A stretch of 64,000 nt of DNA from Octopus vulgaris (GCA_951406725.2 OX597831.1:32302001-32366000); one strand, 5' to 3'. Shown: positions 13,348 to 27,731, numbered from the stretch's first letter. Numbers and translations are program-made. The notes: generated by a model not told the origin, from the letters alone.

Positions 13348-13612
13348 TTGAGTGAGTGTATATCTTGTATGTAATGATGGATATGAGAGAAATGATAAAC
13401 ATACTTGGAAAGTCTTCAATTACAAGGTTATTGTTTTTTTATTTTGTTTGTGTGTGCATATATATGTATATATATATATATATATATATTCTGTTAAGCT
13501 AATCTATGAAACACTAATCTAATCAGATTAAACTCCTCATTTAGATCATTCAAGCACAAAATGATGAGAAATATATCTGATTTACTGAAAGTTAATCCTT
13601 TACCATATAAAC

Positions 13613-13651
<39 letters not shown>

Positions 13652-13874
13652 TTAGACACACACGCGCGCGCGCGCACACACACACACACACGAAATATAG
13701 CATACTTACATCATTATCATTATCATTTTACATCAGTTTTCTTATGTTGTAGTGAGTTGGATGGGTGTCTTGCAACATTGCACAATCCTCCACAGCATTT
13801 GCTATACCAATTCATCAACCCACTTACATTCATTATTGTATGTCAATGCATGGATTTTACTGCTGGGGTGGAGG

Positions 13875-14190
13875 TGCATGGCTCAGTGGTTATGGTATTT
13901 GGCTTGTGGTCATAAGGTTGTGAGTTCAATTCCCAGCACCATGTTGTGTCCTTGAGCAAGACACTTTATTTCATGTTCCTGCAGTTCATTCAGCCGGCAA
14001 AAATCAGCTGTACCAGTAATTAAGAGGGGGTCAGCCTTGTCACATTCTGTGTCACACTAAATCTCCCTGGGAACTACGTTAAGGGCATGTGTGTCTGTGG
14101 AGTACTCAGCCACTTGCACGTCAATTGAGCAGGCTGTTCTGTTGGTCAAATCAACCGTAACTCTTGTCATCATAACTAACAAAGTGTCAG
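13875..14190 (+). mobile_element. SINE-D
   Basis: TGGCTCAGTGG A box, GAGTTCAATTCC B box, TTGTGTCCTTGAGCAAGACACTTTATTTCA core. Confidence 0.7.
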
Positions 14191-14789
14191 CTTTTACAGC
14201 TGGGTGCCCTTCCCCTTGTCACAGAGGCCTTTATAGGGTTGCTGAATCAGAAATAGCCGGCAAATGCCTTCAACTAACCCTATACATTATAAATGAGTGA
14301 ATGAACAAATCAAAGAAGTGGCACTCAATGCATTTGGTAAGAGTTGCATTATATTTTTTAATAAGTCATATGGAGCTGAGCCAAACTGTTTATATGTGTG
14401 TGTGTGTGTGGAGAGAGAGAGAGAGAGAGAGAGAGTATATGTTAAGATATACATCTCTATAGGCACATATACATATATAAATGAATATGCCTCAATGTAT
14501 GAACGTATATTAATAATAATGTCAAAATAAATAAATAATGTGAAAAACTGAAGAGAACACTGCACTCTCCGATGTTGTTATATAACAACGTTCAGTAATG
14601 TTGTGGAGTAACGATACAGTATGGAAGACCAGACGTGTAACCAATATTGTCTAAAGCATCTACCTTGATTTTTGAAGTCTTTATCAAGAACACAGATCAA
14701 CTAAAGTTACAAAAGCCAGTCCTAATTTAGACAGACACGCATAAATATATACGTATATGAACATACATTTTTGCCTCTATATGTGTGTG

Positions 14790-15330
14790 TGTGGCCAGTA
14801 TGGAGCAAGCAAAGATGATTTTAATACAAAGAAAGGACTGGCATGGGCTACAATAAATAAGACATAATATGGAAGTCTAAAATGGACGGAAAATTGAAAA
14901 CTAAGACTTATGACTTTTCAGGCACGGGCAGAAAGTATTGTTACATAACTCAGATCGTAATAAGAAACCTAGAAATGAAAAATTGATGAATTATATACTG
15001 TGCTAATTAGGAGAGTTTTTAACATTAACCAGAGAGATCATGTAACCAATAGAAAGCTATATTAACTGCTATGGCTGTCAGACATCATTTCTGGCAGAGA
15101 AGATTACACGTTGCTGGCAATTTCTTCAAGAGTTGGTGCCCAACTGGCTTCTAGACTTTTATTTTGGTCACCATTATGATGTAGACATCACAAAGGACCA
15201 GGAATGAAGATTTTCCCTAAAATGCTCAGAGAGGATACTACTATGAACTCTGATTCTGAAATCAAAGATATCTGGAGGCAGAGAGTGAAAGAGGTCTTAG
15301 TTTCGTCTGCAGACAACTGATGACGACGAT
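14790..15330 (+). mobile_element. Decayed RTE-like LINE ORF2 C-terminal fragment
   Basis: Broken frames give ESIVT/LLHNS, RVFNINQRDHVTNRKLY and WQRRLHVAGNF, resembling the post-RT region of RTE-clade LINEs. Ends in a GAT/GAC repeat tail. Confidence 0.6.
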
Positions 15331-15623
15331 ATTATTATGTATGTATAAGCATATGCTAGCTTTTACATCAGTCACAAGCAGGCAGGTGTGACTAATATAT
15401 ACATACAAGGACTGATCGTCATCATCATTTGAATGTCCACTTTTCTCTGTTTGCATGGGAAAGACAGCTGATTCCAAGCAAGGCAATACTGCCCCCATGG
15501 CAGGACAGATTTTCACAGAAAATTGGAAATGAAGAAACGCTTTTATGACAGCAATGCACATTTACAAATATCACAGAATATCAAAAGAAGAAAACACAAA
15601 TAAATATATATATATATATATAT

Positions 15624-15665
<42 letters not shown>

Positions 15666-15697
15666 CGAGCGAGAGAGAGAGAGAGAGAGCGAGAGAA

Positions 15698-15807
15698 AGA
15701 AGAGTGTAGGCTCGAAATGTAAAAGACTTTTTCTATTCCTGAGCGTTATACTAATACATCTGTTTGTTTTGTACACCACCTGTCTTCATCTTTTGTTTTT
15801 TCGTAAA

Positions 15808-15812
<5 letters not shown>
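15698..15812 (+). mobile_element. Possible Penelope-type terminal fragment beginning with the 3' half of a hammerhead-like motif
   Basis: AGAA-GAGT(GTAG)GCTC-GAAATGTA-AAAGAC embedded between (GA)n and (TA)n; the 5' part of the core is missing. Confidence 0.35.
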
Positions 15813-15899
<87 letters not shown>

Positions 15900-18310
15900 G
15901 CTTATCTTGTATCTTTTACTTGTTTTAGTCATTAGAATCGACCTCACTACTTACGTTCTTAAGTTTGGTTTTTATTTTATTGGTCTCTTTTAACGTACAA
16001 CTAAGTCTCAGAGATGAAAACACACCAACACTGGTCATCAAGTAGTGGTGGAAGAACAAACACACACATACACGCACACACGACAGGCTTCTTTGAGCCC
16101 AGGGTTATAGTAGAAGACACTTGCCCAAGGTACCATGCAGTGGCACTGAACCCAGAACCATATGGCTGGGGAGCAAGCTTCTTACCACACAGATATGCCT
16201 ACACAAACATGTGTGTATGTATCAAAAGGATGTGTTATAATACTATTCCACATATACAAAAAACAGCCATACCAACAATCCAACATACCTCCATCATCGG
16301 CTGCTTCACGGATATCATTATGGTTTCAACACTTGGACAGTACCATTCAATTTGGCGGTGTCAACAGCACTTAAATAAGTATGAGTGTGTGTGTGTGTGT
16401 GTGTGTATACATACACATATGTACATTATATCATTAGTACATTATAACTGAGAGGCTCTGGTTTCCAGTACTCAGAATTGCTCATTTCCGATCATCAGCT
16501 GGTAATCTGAGCCTGGTTTTCTTTAGAAATATCCACTGTCTGAAATACTTTTTGAAATAAGAAATGAAAGTTTGAAGGAAACGTTTATCCCAGTTGGAAG
16601 CCTTTGTGAATGACAAAGGATATCAAGAAGAAAACTAGGCTCAGTTGACCAGTTGATGATTGGAAATGAGTAACCCTGAGTCAAGGAAATTGGAGCCTTT
16701 CAGTTACAGTGTTTTAAAGAACACTTCACATCTGTATTGAGTCCTGTAAATTTAAAGCTTCTGGTGAATCAACAGATACATATGTGTGTATGTGCATACA
16801 TACATACATACAGACAGACAGACATACAGACAGACATACAGATAGACAATAAACGTTTTACAGTTTCATTTGCAAGACTTTGGTCATCCCAAATTACAGT
16901 AAAAGACACTAACCCAAAGCAACATGACATAGGACTGAACCAGAGATCACAGAGTTGAGAAGCAAGCTTCTTAATCACACAGCCATGCAAGTGCACACAC
17001 ACACACACACACGTGTGTGTGTGTGTGTGTATCTTTTAAAAAACAACAAAAAATCCCACAGACCATAAAACTCTATTTTAGCGTATATTTTATTTATTGC
17101 TTACTTTCTTGTAGTCAGCTTGGAACATGTTCATCGCTGTCAAGGAGGAGATGATAAATGGTAAAGAGGAACACAGCGGCGGCAGCAGCAGCAGAGAATA
17201 ATTGGGGCAGGGACGGGGGGGGTGTAGGAAGAAGGAGTTGAAGAGAGATGGCAGAGGGATTGGTAGAGGAAGTAGCAGAGAGAATGGTAATTGTAATGCA
17301 AGGGTGATGCCAGATGGAATGGTAAAGGAAGAACGGTAAAGAGAGAAATGCATGGAACAGCAGACTTCTCATGTAAAAGTGCATAGTGAGTTGAATGTAC
17401 CAAATATGGAGAGAAGAACACAATATGGATGTAGAGTCCATATCTACTCCCAAGAGAAGCATATGTAGAAAAGATGGCACCAGAACCATATATATATATA
17501 TATACATACACACACACATACATATATCTATATACATACATACACACACACATACATATATCTATATACATACATACACACACACATACATATATCTATA
17601 TATGTCTGTACACATGAATATATGCACATATATACATATATCTATATATGTATACACACATATATACACACACATATACAGATATATACACACACACAGA
17701 TATATACATATATATATACATACATGTACATGCACAAATGCATATATGCATGCATAAAAGATGTGGACAGAAGAGGGTAAGAGAAAAAGATGTAGAGAGG
17801 AAGTGATGACTGGCAGCGGTCCAGCAGGGAGTGAGCATCACAAGTGGTGGTGGGTGTGGGGAAGGGGAGAAGAGATGATTGATAGGGTGATAATTGAAGG
17901 GGGGTTGGAGGTAGGGAGGAGGTGGGCACAGGTAGAGTGGTGCGGGAGAGACCAATACAGTCTCATAGACAGGCCAAGTTAAGGACACGGGCAGAGGTAG
18001 GACCGGAGCAGGGGAGGATAGAATGACAGGGAGGGGGGAACTGGAGCAGGAGGGAAGTAAAATGACGGGGAGGGAGGGGGCTTTGAAGTGGAGGGGCAGA
18101 GGGTGGGACCCCCCCCCCCGTGAGCTTCATAGGTAGTGGGGAGTTGTGAGAAAGTGAGATAGAGAAGGTGATCAACAGGTAGATAGGAGGAGGATGGGGT
18201 TATCATCAGATCAGGAATGTAAAGGGTGACTGCAAATACTGGCTTAGAAGGGTGTAAATATATACATACCCACTACATGCAGGGATATGTGTACAAAACT
18301 ACTATTTCAT

Positions 18311-18391
<81 letters not shown>

Positions 18392-19030
18392 TGCAGGCTT
18401 GGCCATGTGCTGGGAAACCTGCTTCCCAACAACATGGTTCTGGGTTCAGTCCCACTGCGTGGCACCTTGGATAAGTATCTTCTACTATAGCCTCAGGCCG
18501 ACCAAAGTATTGTGAGTGGATTAGGTAGACAGAAACTGAAAGAAGCTCATTGTGTATCATCATCATCATCGTTTAATGTCCGCTTTCCATGCTAGCATGG
18601 GTTGGACAGTTTGACTGAGGACTGGCAGGCCAGAAGCTGCACCAGGCTCCAATCTGATCTGGCAAGGTTTCTACAGCTTGATGCCCTTCCTAACACCAAC
18701 CACTCCAAGAGTGTAGTGGGTGCGTTTTATGTGCCACCAGCACAAGGACCAGTCAGGCTGTACTAGCATCAACCACGCTTAAATGGTACTTTTTACATAC
18801 CACCGGCACGGGAACCAGTCAGGCAGCACTGGCAACAAGCATGCTCGAATGGTGCTTTTTACACACCACCATCGCTTGACAACCAATGTTGGTATGTTTA
18901 TGTCCCCATAACTTAGCAGTTCGACAAAAGAGACCTATAGAATAAGTACTAGTCTTACAAAGAGTAAGTCATGAGGTCAATTTCTTCAACTAAAACTCTA
19001 AGGCAGTGCTCCAGCATGGCCACAGTCAAA

Positions 19031-19035
<5 letters not shown>
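18392..19035 (+). mobile_element. SINE-B interrupted by a family C element (18557-18862, minus strand)
   Basis: B head at 18392-18556, C insert in the central microsatellite, B tail from about 18865. Confidence 0.75.
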
Positions 19036-19061
<26 letters not shown>

Positions 19062-19291
19062 CGTGCGTGCGTGTGTGTGTGTGTGTGTGTGGCCTAGTGG
19101 TGAGAGTATTGCATTCATGGTCACTACATCATGGGTTCAGTTCCTGGACAGGGCAGTACATTGTGTTCTTGAGCAAAACATTTCATATTGTTCCTGTCCA
19201 TTCACCTGTAAATGGGCTACCCCCTGCGATAAAACAGCCTCATGATTAGGGGGAATGTTAGTCTGTACTCATTATTATTATTATTATTAAA

Positions 19292-20130
19292 GGCAATGAG
19301 CTGGCAGACTCGTTAGCATGCTGGACAAAATGCTTAGGGGTATTTCGCCCCCCCCCCCCCGGCTACATACTGTTTTCAAATACCGCTGAGGTCGACTTTG
19401 CCTTTCATTCTTTCAGGGGTCGATAGATTAACTACCAGTCAAGTACTGGGGTCGATGTGATCAACTTACCCACTTCCCACAAATTTCAGGCCTTGTGCCT
19501 TTAGTAGAAAGGACTATTATTATTTTTATTATTATTATTATTATTATTACTATTATTATTATTATTATTATTAAGGTGGTGAAAGGCAGCAAGCTGGGAG
19601 AATCGTTAACATGCTGGACGAAATGTTTAGCAGTATTTCGTCTGTCGCTATATTCTAAGTTCAAATTCTGCCAAAATCGACATTTCCTATCATACTTTCA
19701 GGGCTGATAAAGTAGCAGTTGAGAACTGGGGTTGATGTAATCAACCAGTCCCCTCCCCCAACATTTCAGGCCTTGTGCCTGCAATAGAAAGGATTATTAA
19801 GGTGGTCAAGTGGCAGAACCGTTAGCATGCCAGGCGAAATGCTTAGTGGTATTTCGTCTGTCTTTGCATTTTGAGTTCAAATTCCACCGAGATTGACTTT
19901 GCCTTTCATCCTTTCGGGGTCGATAAATTAAGTACCAGTTGCAAACTGGGGTCGATCTAATCATCTGACCCCCTCCTCCCAAATTTCGGGCCTTGTGCCT
20001 ACAGCAGAAAAGATTATTATTATTATTATTATTATATCATTATTATTATTAATAAGAGCAGGCTGGTAGAATTGTTAATATGCTGGACAGAATGCCGAGT
20101 TCAAATTTCACAGAGATAATCTCACCTTTA
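19292..20130 (+). mobile_element. Head-to-tail cluster of 3-4 SINE-A copies separated by (ATT)n
   Basis: Copies start near 19292, 19585, 19800, with a partial copy near 20055. Confidence 0.85.
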
Positions 20131-20198
20131 ATAAATTTGCCCTCTTCCTTTAAAACTGTTAAATTTGTGACAAAATTTGCAATTATTATCATTATTAA

Positions 20199-20610
20199 CA
20201 GTAGGAGTGGTTGTGTGGTAAGTATGTTGCTTACCAACCACACGGTTCCGGGTTCAGTCCCACCGCGTGGCACCTTAGGCAAGTGTCTTCTACTATAGCC
20301 TCGGGCCAACCAAAGCTTTGTGAGTGGATTTGGTAGACGGAAACTGAAAGAAGCCTGTCGTATATATGTATATATATGTGTGTGTGTTTGTGTGTCTGTG
20401 TTTGTCCCCCCAACATCGCTTGACAACCGATGCTGGTATGTTTACATTCCCATTACTTAGCGGTTCGGCAAAAGAGACCGATAGAATAAGTACTAGGCTT
20501 ACAAAGAATAAGTCCTGGGGTCGATTTGCTCGACTAAAAAAGGCGGTGCTCCAGCATGGCTGCAGTCAAAATGACAAACAAATAAAAGAGTAAAAAGAGA
20601 ATAAAAGAGA
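20199..20610 (+). mobile_element. SINE-B, well preserved
   Basis: Colinear with 6736-7164. Confidence 0.85.
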
Positions 20611-22292
20611 AGTAGTATTATCATTATTATTTTCAGTGTAGTTGTTGTTAGGCCCGAGCCCAAACCTGAGTTAGCTGGACCCCTTGTTCAAAAGCATACG
20701 CCAGCCATCTTCTTTTCAGAAATACTGTTTCTAGAAGCCATACTATTCTATGTACCCACATTTTCTAAGATGGCTGTTATTTCTAGCACATCAACACTAA
20801 ATTAATTCCTTCCTTATGCTGACCACACAAACTGATATCTCCTGAAATATAGAGGATAGCTCTACATGATAGCTTGACTTACTAGAAAAAGTAGCCAAAC
20901 ATTCCTTAAACTACATGTTTACAACTTAAAAAAGGACACATTGGAAAATGTAGCCAGGAGTAGGTTATTCTTGGAAAACAAAAGCAAAAAAAAATATTAC
21001 TGGATGGCCATAGTTGGAATGCCTTTGTTCATAGGTTTACTTGATGAGAGTCATCCAAAAGTAAACAAGAATAAGACACATCTTGCAGAAAACCAATATA
21101 CCAACATAGATTCTTTGGAAGTTATAATATTACCAAATTAGAGAGAAAGAGAGAGTGGAGGGAGAATCTGTAGTCTTCATGCCTTTCTGAAGATCTTTAT
21201 GACTAGAGGCAGCAATCAAAAACCATTCTAATCAAGTAATCAAAATAAGTCTGTGGAAGATTCCATTTGTCAATATTTTCTGATTCTAGCAAAGGATTTG
21301 TGTACGTTCATTTAAATAATGGTTAATATGTATTTAAAGATGCGAATGAGAGAGAGAGAGAGAGAGAGAGAATGTGGAGTAGGAATATTAGGACTTTTTG
21401 GAGAAGCAACGTGAATATTCTTCAATTCCTCTGAGATTGGCATTGGGAAGGAAAAACCAATGGAAGGAAAGATTAGCAGAGAGAGAAATTAACAAACTGT
21501 CATTCCTCAGTGTGTGTGTGTGTGTGCATGCACACACACACACACACATATTTTATATATTGTGGAATATATATATATATATATTTATCAACATAGTTAA
21601 CTTACAAGATCAGTGAAATATAAAATATATCACATGCTTAACAGACACACACACACATTTTGTTTAAGTATCATACAAAGACGATATGTTTACTATGAGC
21701 TGTCATTTTAGACAGAAATATGAAAAAAAAAATATGCATTTTTCTTTAGTTGCTTTGAATTTGTTTATTATTTTTATTATTAGCATCATCATTATTATCA
21801 TTAATATTAATCTTGCTCAGAAACGGGATGAAATGGAGCTGTCCCTAAAAAAATAAAAGAAATATAAAAAATTTTTTTTTAAACTGCAGATATGGCAAAT
21901 GCTTCCATTATTGTTTAGCACCTGACCATTGTGCCTTGCCCCAATTACTACCTCATCAGACTGGAATATCTATTCTTATTCAATTTATTGTAGAAGGGAA
22001 GCATTCCACTTCTCAGGTGACCGTTCTGCTGCCAGCACCCTCAGTATGGCTGGTTAGGCACATCCTGGATGAGAATGCTAAGACAAACACAACAGAGATT
22101 TCTAGATGATGAACAGGTGTGGGTACCGTTTGTGAGAGGCATGTCTTTTTGCCACTCATCTCAATAGAACTGCAGTCCTGTTTGAAGCAAAGACCAAGAC
22201 TGGGCACCTGACATTTAGAATTATATCAGGTATCTGTCCCCCTCAACCAGTTGGTCAACAGGGTCAGTGGAAGTTTCATTCTAGTAATCTAT

Positions 22293-22513
22293 GGCAGCGA
22301 ACTGGCAGAATCGTTAGCATGCCGGGCGAAATGCTTACTGGTATTTCGTCTGCTGCTAAGTTCTGAGTTCAAATTCCGCCGAGGTCGACTTCGCCTTTCA
22401 TCCTTTCGGGGCCGATTAAATAAGTACCAGTTACACACTGGGATCAATGTAATTGACTTAATCCCTTTGCTTGTCCCCTCTATGTTTAGCCCCCTTTGGG
22501 CAATAAAGAAATA
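22293..22513 (+). mobile_element. SINE-A with TSD
   Basis: AATCTATGG at 22286-22294 and 22514-22522. Confidence 0.85.
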
Positions 22514-23401
22514 AATCTATGGAAGATTAGTTAGAAGCAGGAATAATTTTCTCAGGGAAATTCTTGGCTTCAGTGAAAATTGGCGAGGACTTTTAGATCA
22601 GGGATTACTAGCAATAATTTTCACAAGTCCTTGAATTCATAGTGCTTCTTGCTAGCACTGCGAAGCCAAAATAAACTCTACAAGAATGGAAGTACAGGGT
22701 GCCAGGTCTGACAGGGTTAAGGCAGCAAACTGGCACTTTGGACAAAATGCTTAGCAGCATTTCTTCTGACTCTTCACAATTTGTGTTCTAATTCCACCAG
22801 GGTCAAATTTGCCTTTTATCCTTTGGAACCGTAAGAACATCAGGTGCCTCTATTGGAGCCCACTCTATTGGAAGAACACGGATTAGGGTCCCAGTTTAAG
22901 GATACCTCCCTCTCTCCTTGTCACCAGTCTTGGCAGCCCTGTAAAGGGTCATAGGCACAGAGTTCCCTCCTACCTAAAAGCATAAGAGAAAGAACAATTT
23001 GAGGGACCAATACAAACCTGATTAGTATTGGCAATGAAACAGAAACCTATGATTTAAAACCCTACAGAGAATTAAGTCAAACAGTTTTTTTTTTTAATTC
23101 CTCTCTCCACCCTCTGCCGCCAATTCCCATAATAATCACTGTTCTTGTTAGAATTCTAAACAGATGTCAATTTAAAGTAATGCAATTCTTAAGTGCCTTA
23201 TGGTTTATTAGACATGAGAATTGGTAAACGGCTTCGATTCCAGTTGAACATGACACTTCACTTGCATGCAACAAATTGCTGCTGGAGAACTCACCACTCA
23301 CCCATCCTTGCCATTCTCACAGAAATCAATAATACAAGGAATTAATGGCATATAATAATAATGATGATGATGATGATGATGATGACAAAAATAATTGTTT
23401 C

Positions 23402-23432
<31 letters not shown>

Positions 23433-23742
23433 CATCTCTATATTCTAATTTTAGTGTATATACTGCCAAAGCAAATAATAATCTTAATAATAATAATAAT
23501 TGTTTCTAATAATGATAATAATAATCATCTTCTCTGTATCATTCCAATTTTAGTATATGTACTGCTGAAGTAAGTAATAATAATAACTAAAAAAAAAAAT
23601 AATGATTTACTTATTGCCACAGGATTGATGCAGATGTGTGTGGGGGGGACATTATAGAGAAAAATTACAAAACGGTGGGTGGCTTTTACTTAGAGTAGAA
23701 ACAAAAAAAGAATATGCTGCTGCTGCTACTACTACTACTACT

Positions 23743-23792
<50 letters not shown>

Positions 23793-23797
<5 letters not shown>

Positions 23798-24690
23798 TCT
23801 ACTATAGGCAATAAGCCTGAAATTTGTGGGGAGGGGATAGTCAATTACACCAACCCCAGTGTGTAACTGGTACTTAATTTATTGACCCACCCACCCCCGA
23901 CCCCCAAAGGATGAAGGGCAAAGTCAACCTTGGTAGAATTTGAACTCAGAATGTAAAAACGGACGAAATGCCACTAAGTATTTTGTCCAGCTTGCTGCCC
24001 TATAATAATGATGATGATGATGATGACGGCGAAGATAATTTCTATCATAAACCCAGGGGTATCAGATGAGGGGAACATTACAAAGATGGGTTATAATTTA
24101 TGTGGGGTTTTAGATAAAATCGAGTGATAGCATGGAGAAAAAAAGGACTCCCAATAATAATCCTGTCTACTATAGGCAGAAGGCCTGAAATTGTTGGGCA
24201 GAGGAGGGCTGGTCAATCTCATCGGTTCCAGTCTTTAACAGGTACTTGTTTTATCGGCTCTCAAATGATGAAAGGCAAAGATGACTTTGGCAGGATTTGA
24301 ACTTGGAATGTGAAGCCTGAAGAAATACTATGGAGCATTTTATCAGGCACGGTAATTATTTGGTCCCTTTGCCACCTCCACAATAATAATGGTTTCAAAT
24401 TTTGGCAGCGGGCCAGATTTTTTTTTTTTTTTTTAAGGGAGGGGCAAAGTCAATAACATTGACCCCCAGTTCTTAACTAGTACTTATTTTATTGAGCCCA
24501 AAAGGATGAAAGGCAAAGCTAGCTTCAGTACAATTTGAACCCAGAACATTTTGTGTGGAATGCCAATAGTTCTACCAGCTCATCACCTTTAAAACAAATT
24601 TTGGAACAGGGCCAGCAGTTTTCGCAGATGTGGATAAGTCAATGACATCAACTCCAGTGCTTAGGTGGTACTTTATTTTATCAACCTCTC
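23793..24690 (-). mobile_element. Cluster of ~4 SINE-A copies
   Basis: Repeated GGTACTT..TTTAT.GACCC..AAAGGATGAAAGGCAAAG core in the same orientation. Confidence 0.8.
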
Positions 24691-24728
24691 CCTTGACCCT
24701 CACTTTCCTCTTCTAGCAGTTTTGGAAG

Positions 24729-24768
<40 letters not shown>

Positions 24769-24855
24769 TTTAAGAGAAAAAGTTTATCTGTAAAACTTTC
24801 AATCACATCCACCAAAAGACCCTTATAAGCATCACCCGTCAAAGGAAGAATTATC

Positions 24856-25220
24856 AGGTGTGACTGTGTGGCAAGAAGTTTGCTTCCCAACCACATGGTT
24901 CCAGGTTCAGTCCCACTGCATGGCACCTTGGGCAAGTATCTTCTACTATAGTTGCAGGCCAACCAAAGTCTTGTGAGAAGATTTGGTAGATGAAAACTGT
25001 AAGAAGCTTGTGTGTGTGTGTCTGTGTGTGTTCCACCACTGCTTGACAATAGTGTTGATATATTTACATCCTAGTAACTTAGCAGTTTGGCAAAAGAGAC
25101 TGATAGAATAAGTACCAGGCTTTAAAAAATATATTGGGGTTGATTCATTCAACTAAAAAAAAAAATTCAAGGCAGGGTTCCAACATGGCCACAATCTAAT
25201 GACTGAAACCAGTAAAAGAT
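24856..25220 (+). mobile_element. SINE-B
   Basis: Colinear with 6736-7164. Confidence 0.8.
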
Positions 25221-25767
25221 CCTACCTTCCCAAAGGATGTTGAGGGTCATGAGTATTTAATCTTTAGAATAGATTGGGATCTTCCCCAGCCCCATACATA
25301 TCACTAATATACAATGCATATCAGATGATTTAGTCACCCTGTGTTCATCTCAGATAGGGGTTGATAACTGGCAGCTCCAGCATGGCCATAGCTGTAAAGC
25401 TTATTCCAGAAGACTGCACCAAACTCTGCTGTCAGCTCCAACATAGTTTCTATGGCTGGATGCCCTTCCTAACACCAACCATCTTGCAGAGTGTTCTGGG
25501 TCCCTTTTCTTCTAGTTGGCACCAGCAGCAATGAGGTAACCAAGTAACTCACAAGAGAAGACAAGGCCCCTCAGCCTAAGTCAGCTAGGAATAGTATTGA
25601 AGGACAGAAAAAAAGGAATTTTGCATTAGAAGAGATACATGGCTGCCTCAGGTGGGGAGCATGAGTAAAAAGATGACCCAAGGCTGTAGAAAATGATATT
25701 TACCCAAAATGCCACGCAGTGGAATTGAACCCAAGGCTTCAAGTGAAAAAGGTATGCAGATATAGCA

Positions 25768-25957
25768 GTGATGCTTGTGCCATGTGAAAAGCACCCGGTA
25801 CAGTCTGTGAAGTGGTTGGCTTCGGGAAGGGCATCCAAGTGTGGAGACCATGTCAAAAGGGACAAAGGAACTTGGCAGGATTCCTGGCCTGGCCAGTTCT
25901 GGTCAAACCGTCCAACCCATGCCAGCATGGAAAACAGATGTTATATGATGATGATGA
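25768..25957 (+). mobile_element. Family C retroposon
   Basis: Forward copy ending CCATGCCAGCATGGAAAACAGATGTTA-(GAT)n. Confidence 0.75.
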
Positions 25958-26404
25958 CAATGTTTTCACCAAGTGCATCACAGGTACATCATGTAAGTAG
26001 ACTGACTAAATTAATATCAGTTGTGGTGGTTATGGCCGGTGTGTCGTACATCAAAATACGTTTGAATATAGACAAAATAAGGAGAAAAAGAGACAAAAAT
26101 TGGGAGAGGGGGAAGGTGGAGAGGAAAAAGTTACGCTGTGAGTTTTATGCCTTGTTTGTAATTGTTGTTGTTGCTGCTGTTGCAAAGTCTTTAATTGGTT
26201 CTTGGGAAGGAAACACACTGATGGAAGCTGTGGTTCCAACCAAGAACTAAAAAATGAAGTGGGCAGCAATTGTAATACACAATAGCTCAAACCTAATTAA
26301 TTAACTAAAGAATGAAATTGAATTAACAATAGCTGATTAGTGTGTTGTTCCATGAACAACACACAATAACAGTAACGACAATAACAAAAACAATAATAAA
26401 GATA

Positions 26405-26636
26405 ATTCTTGCTAATTTTGACACAAAGCCAGTTGCTTAGAGGGGAGGGGCTTAAGTCAGTTACACTGCCCCCCCCCCCCCACCCCCCCAGTGTTCAACT
26501 GGTACTCATTTTATCAACCCTGAAAGGATGAAAGGTAAAGTCTGCTTTGGTGGAATTTGAACTCAGAACGTAAAGAGAGACAAAATGCCGCTAAGTATTT
26601 TGTCTGATGTGTTAATGGTTCTGCCAGCTTGCTGCC

Positions 26637-26683
<47 letters not shown>

Positions 26684-26791
26684 TATGATAATAATAATAA
26701 TAATGATAATAATAATAATGATAATAATAATAATAATATTAATAACAATAATAATAATAATAATGATAATAATAATAATAATATTAATAAC

Positions 26792-26834
<43 letters not shown>

Positions 26835-27645
26835 GTGATAATAATAGTAGTAATAATAATGATGGTAATAATAGTAATAATAATTATAATTATCCTTTCT
26901 ACTATAGGCACAAGGCTTGACATTTGGGGGAGGGGACCGTTGATTACATTGACCCCAGTACACAACTGGTACTTATTTTATTGACTGCCAAAAGGAAGTC
27001 AACCTTAGCGGAATTTGATCTCAGAATGTAGCAACAGGCGAAATATCACTAGGCATTTTGTCCAGAACACTAATAATAATAATGATAATAATAATAATCC
27101 TTTCTAGTGGAAGTACAAGGCCTCAAATTTTGGGGAAGGGATTAAGTCTACATTGACCCCAGTGTGTAACTGGTACTTATTTTATCGACCTCCGAAAGGA
27201 TGAAAGGCAAAGTCAACCTCAGTGAAATTTGAACTCAGAACATAGCAACACGCGAAATACTGCTAAGTATTTCGTCCAGCATGCTAATGATTCTGCCAGC
27301 TTGCCACCTTAATGAGGAGGAGTACGAGGAGGGGGAGTGAAGGAGAAGAAGAAGAAAATTAGAAGAGGAATGGTTTCAAATTTTGGCACAGGGCCAGTAT
27401 TTCAGGGAAGGAGTAAGTCGACTACATGAACCCCAGTGCGTGACTGGTGCTTTTTAGCACAAGGATAGCAATTTCGAGGCAGGAGGCAAGATGATTGCAT
27501 CGACCCCTCCCCCGCCCCCTGCTCAACTGGTACTTATCTCATTGACCCTGAAAGGATGAAAGGCAAAGTCGACCTCGGCGGAATTTGAACTCAGAACATA
27601 AAGGCAGATGAAATGCTGCCAAGCATTTTGTGCACAGTGCTGACA
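26405..27645 (-). mobile_element. Cluster of ~5 SINE-A copies with long (AAT)n spacers
   Basis: Cores near 26500, 26970, 27170, 27420 and 27530. Confidence 0.8.
26638..26892. repeat. (AAT)n microsatellite
   Basis: Direct observation. Confidence 0.95.
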
Positions 27646-27662
27646 ATAACAACAACAACAAC

Positions 27663-27731
<69 letters not shown>

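Noticed and set aside
22830-22975. Minus-strand acceptor TTCTCTTATGCTTTTAG followed by GC-richer sequence
   Set aside because: The phase-1 frame hits a stop and no strong donor follows; cannot be supported as an exon.
26405-27645. Regularly spaced repeats that could be mistaken for a CRISPR-like array
   Set aside because: Diverged ~220-bp SINE copies separated by microsatellites in eukaryotic DNA; no cas genes.
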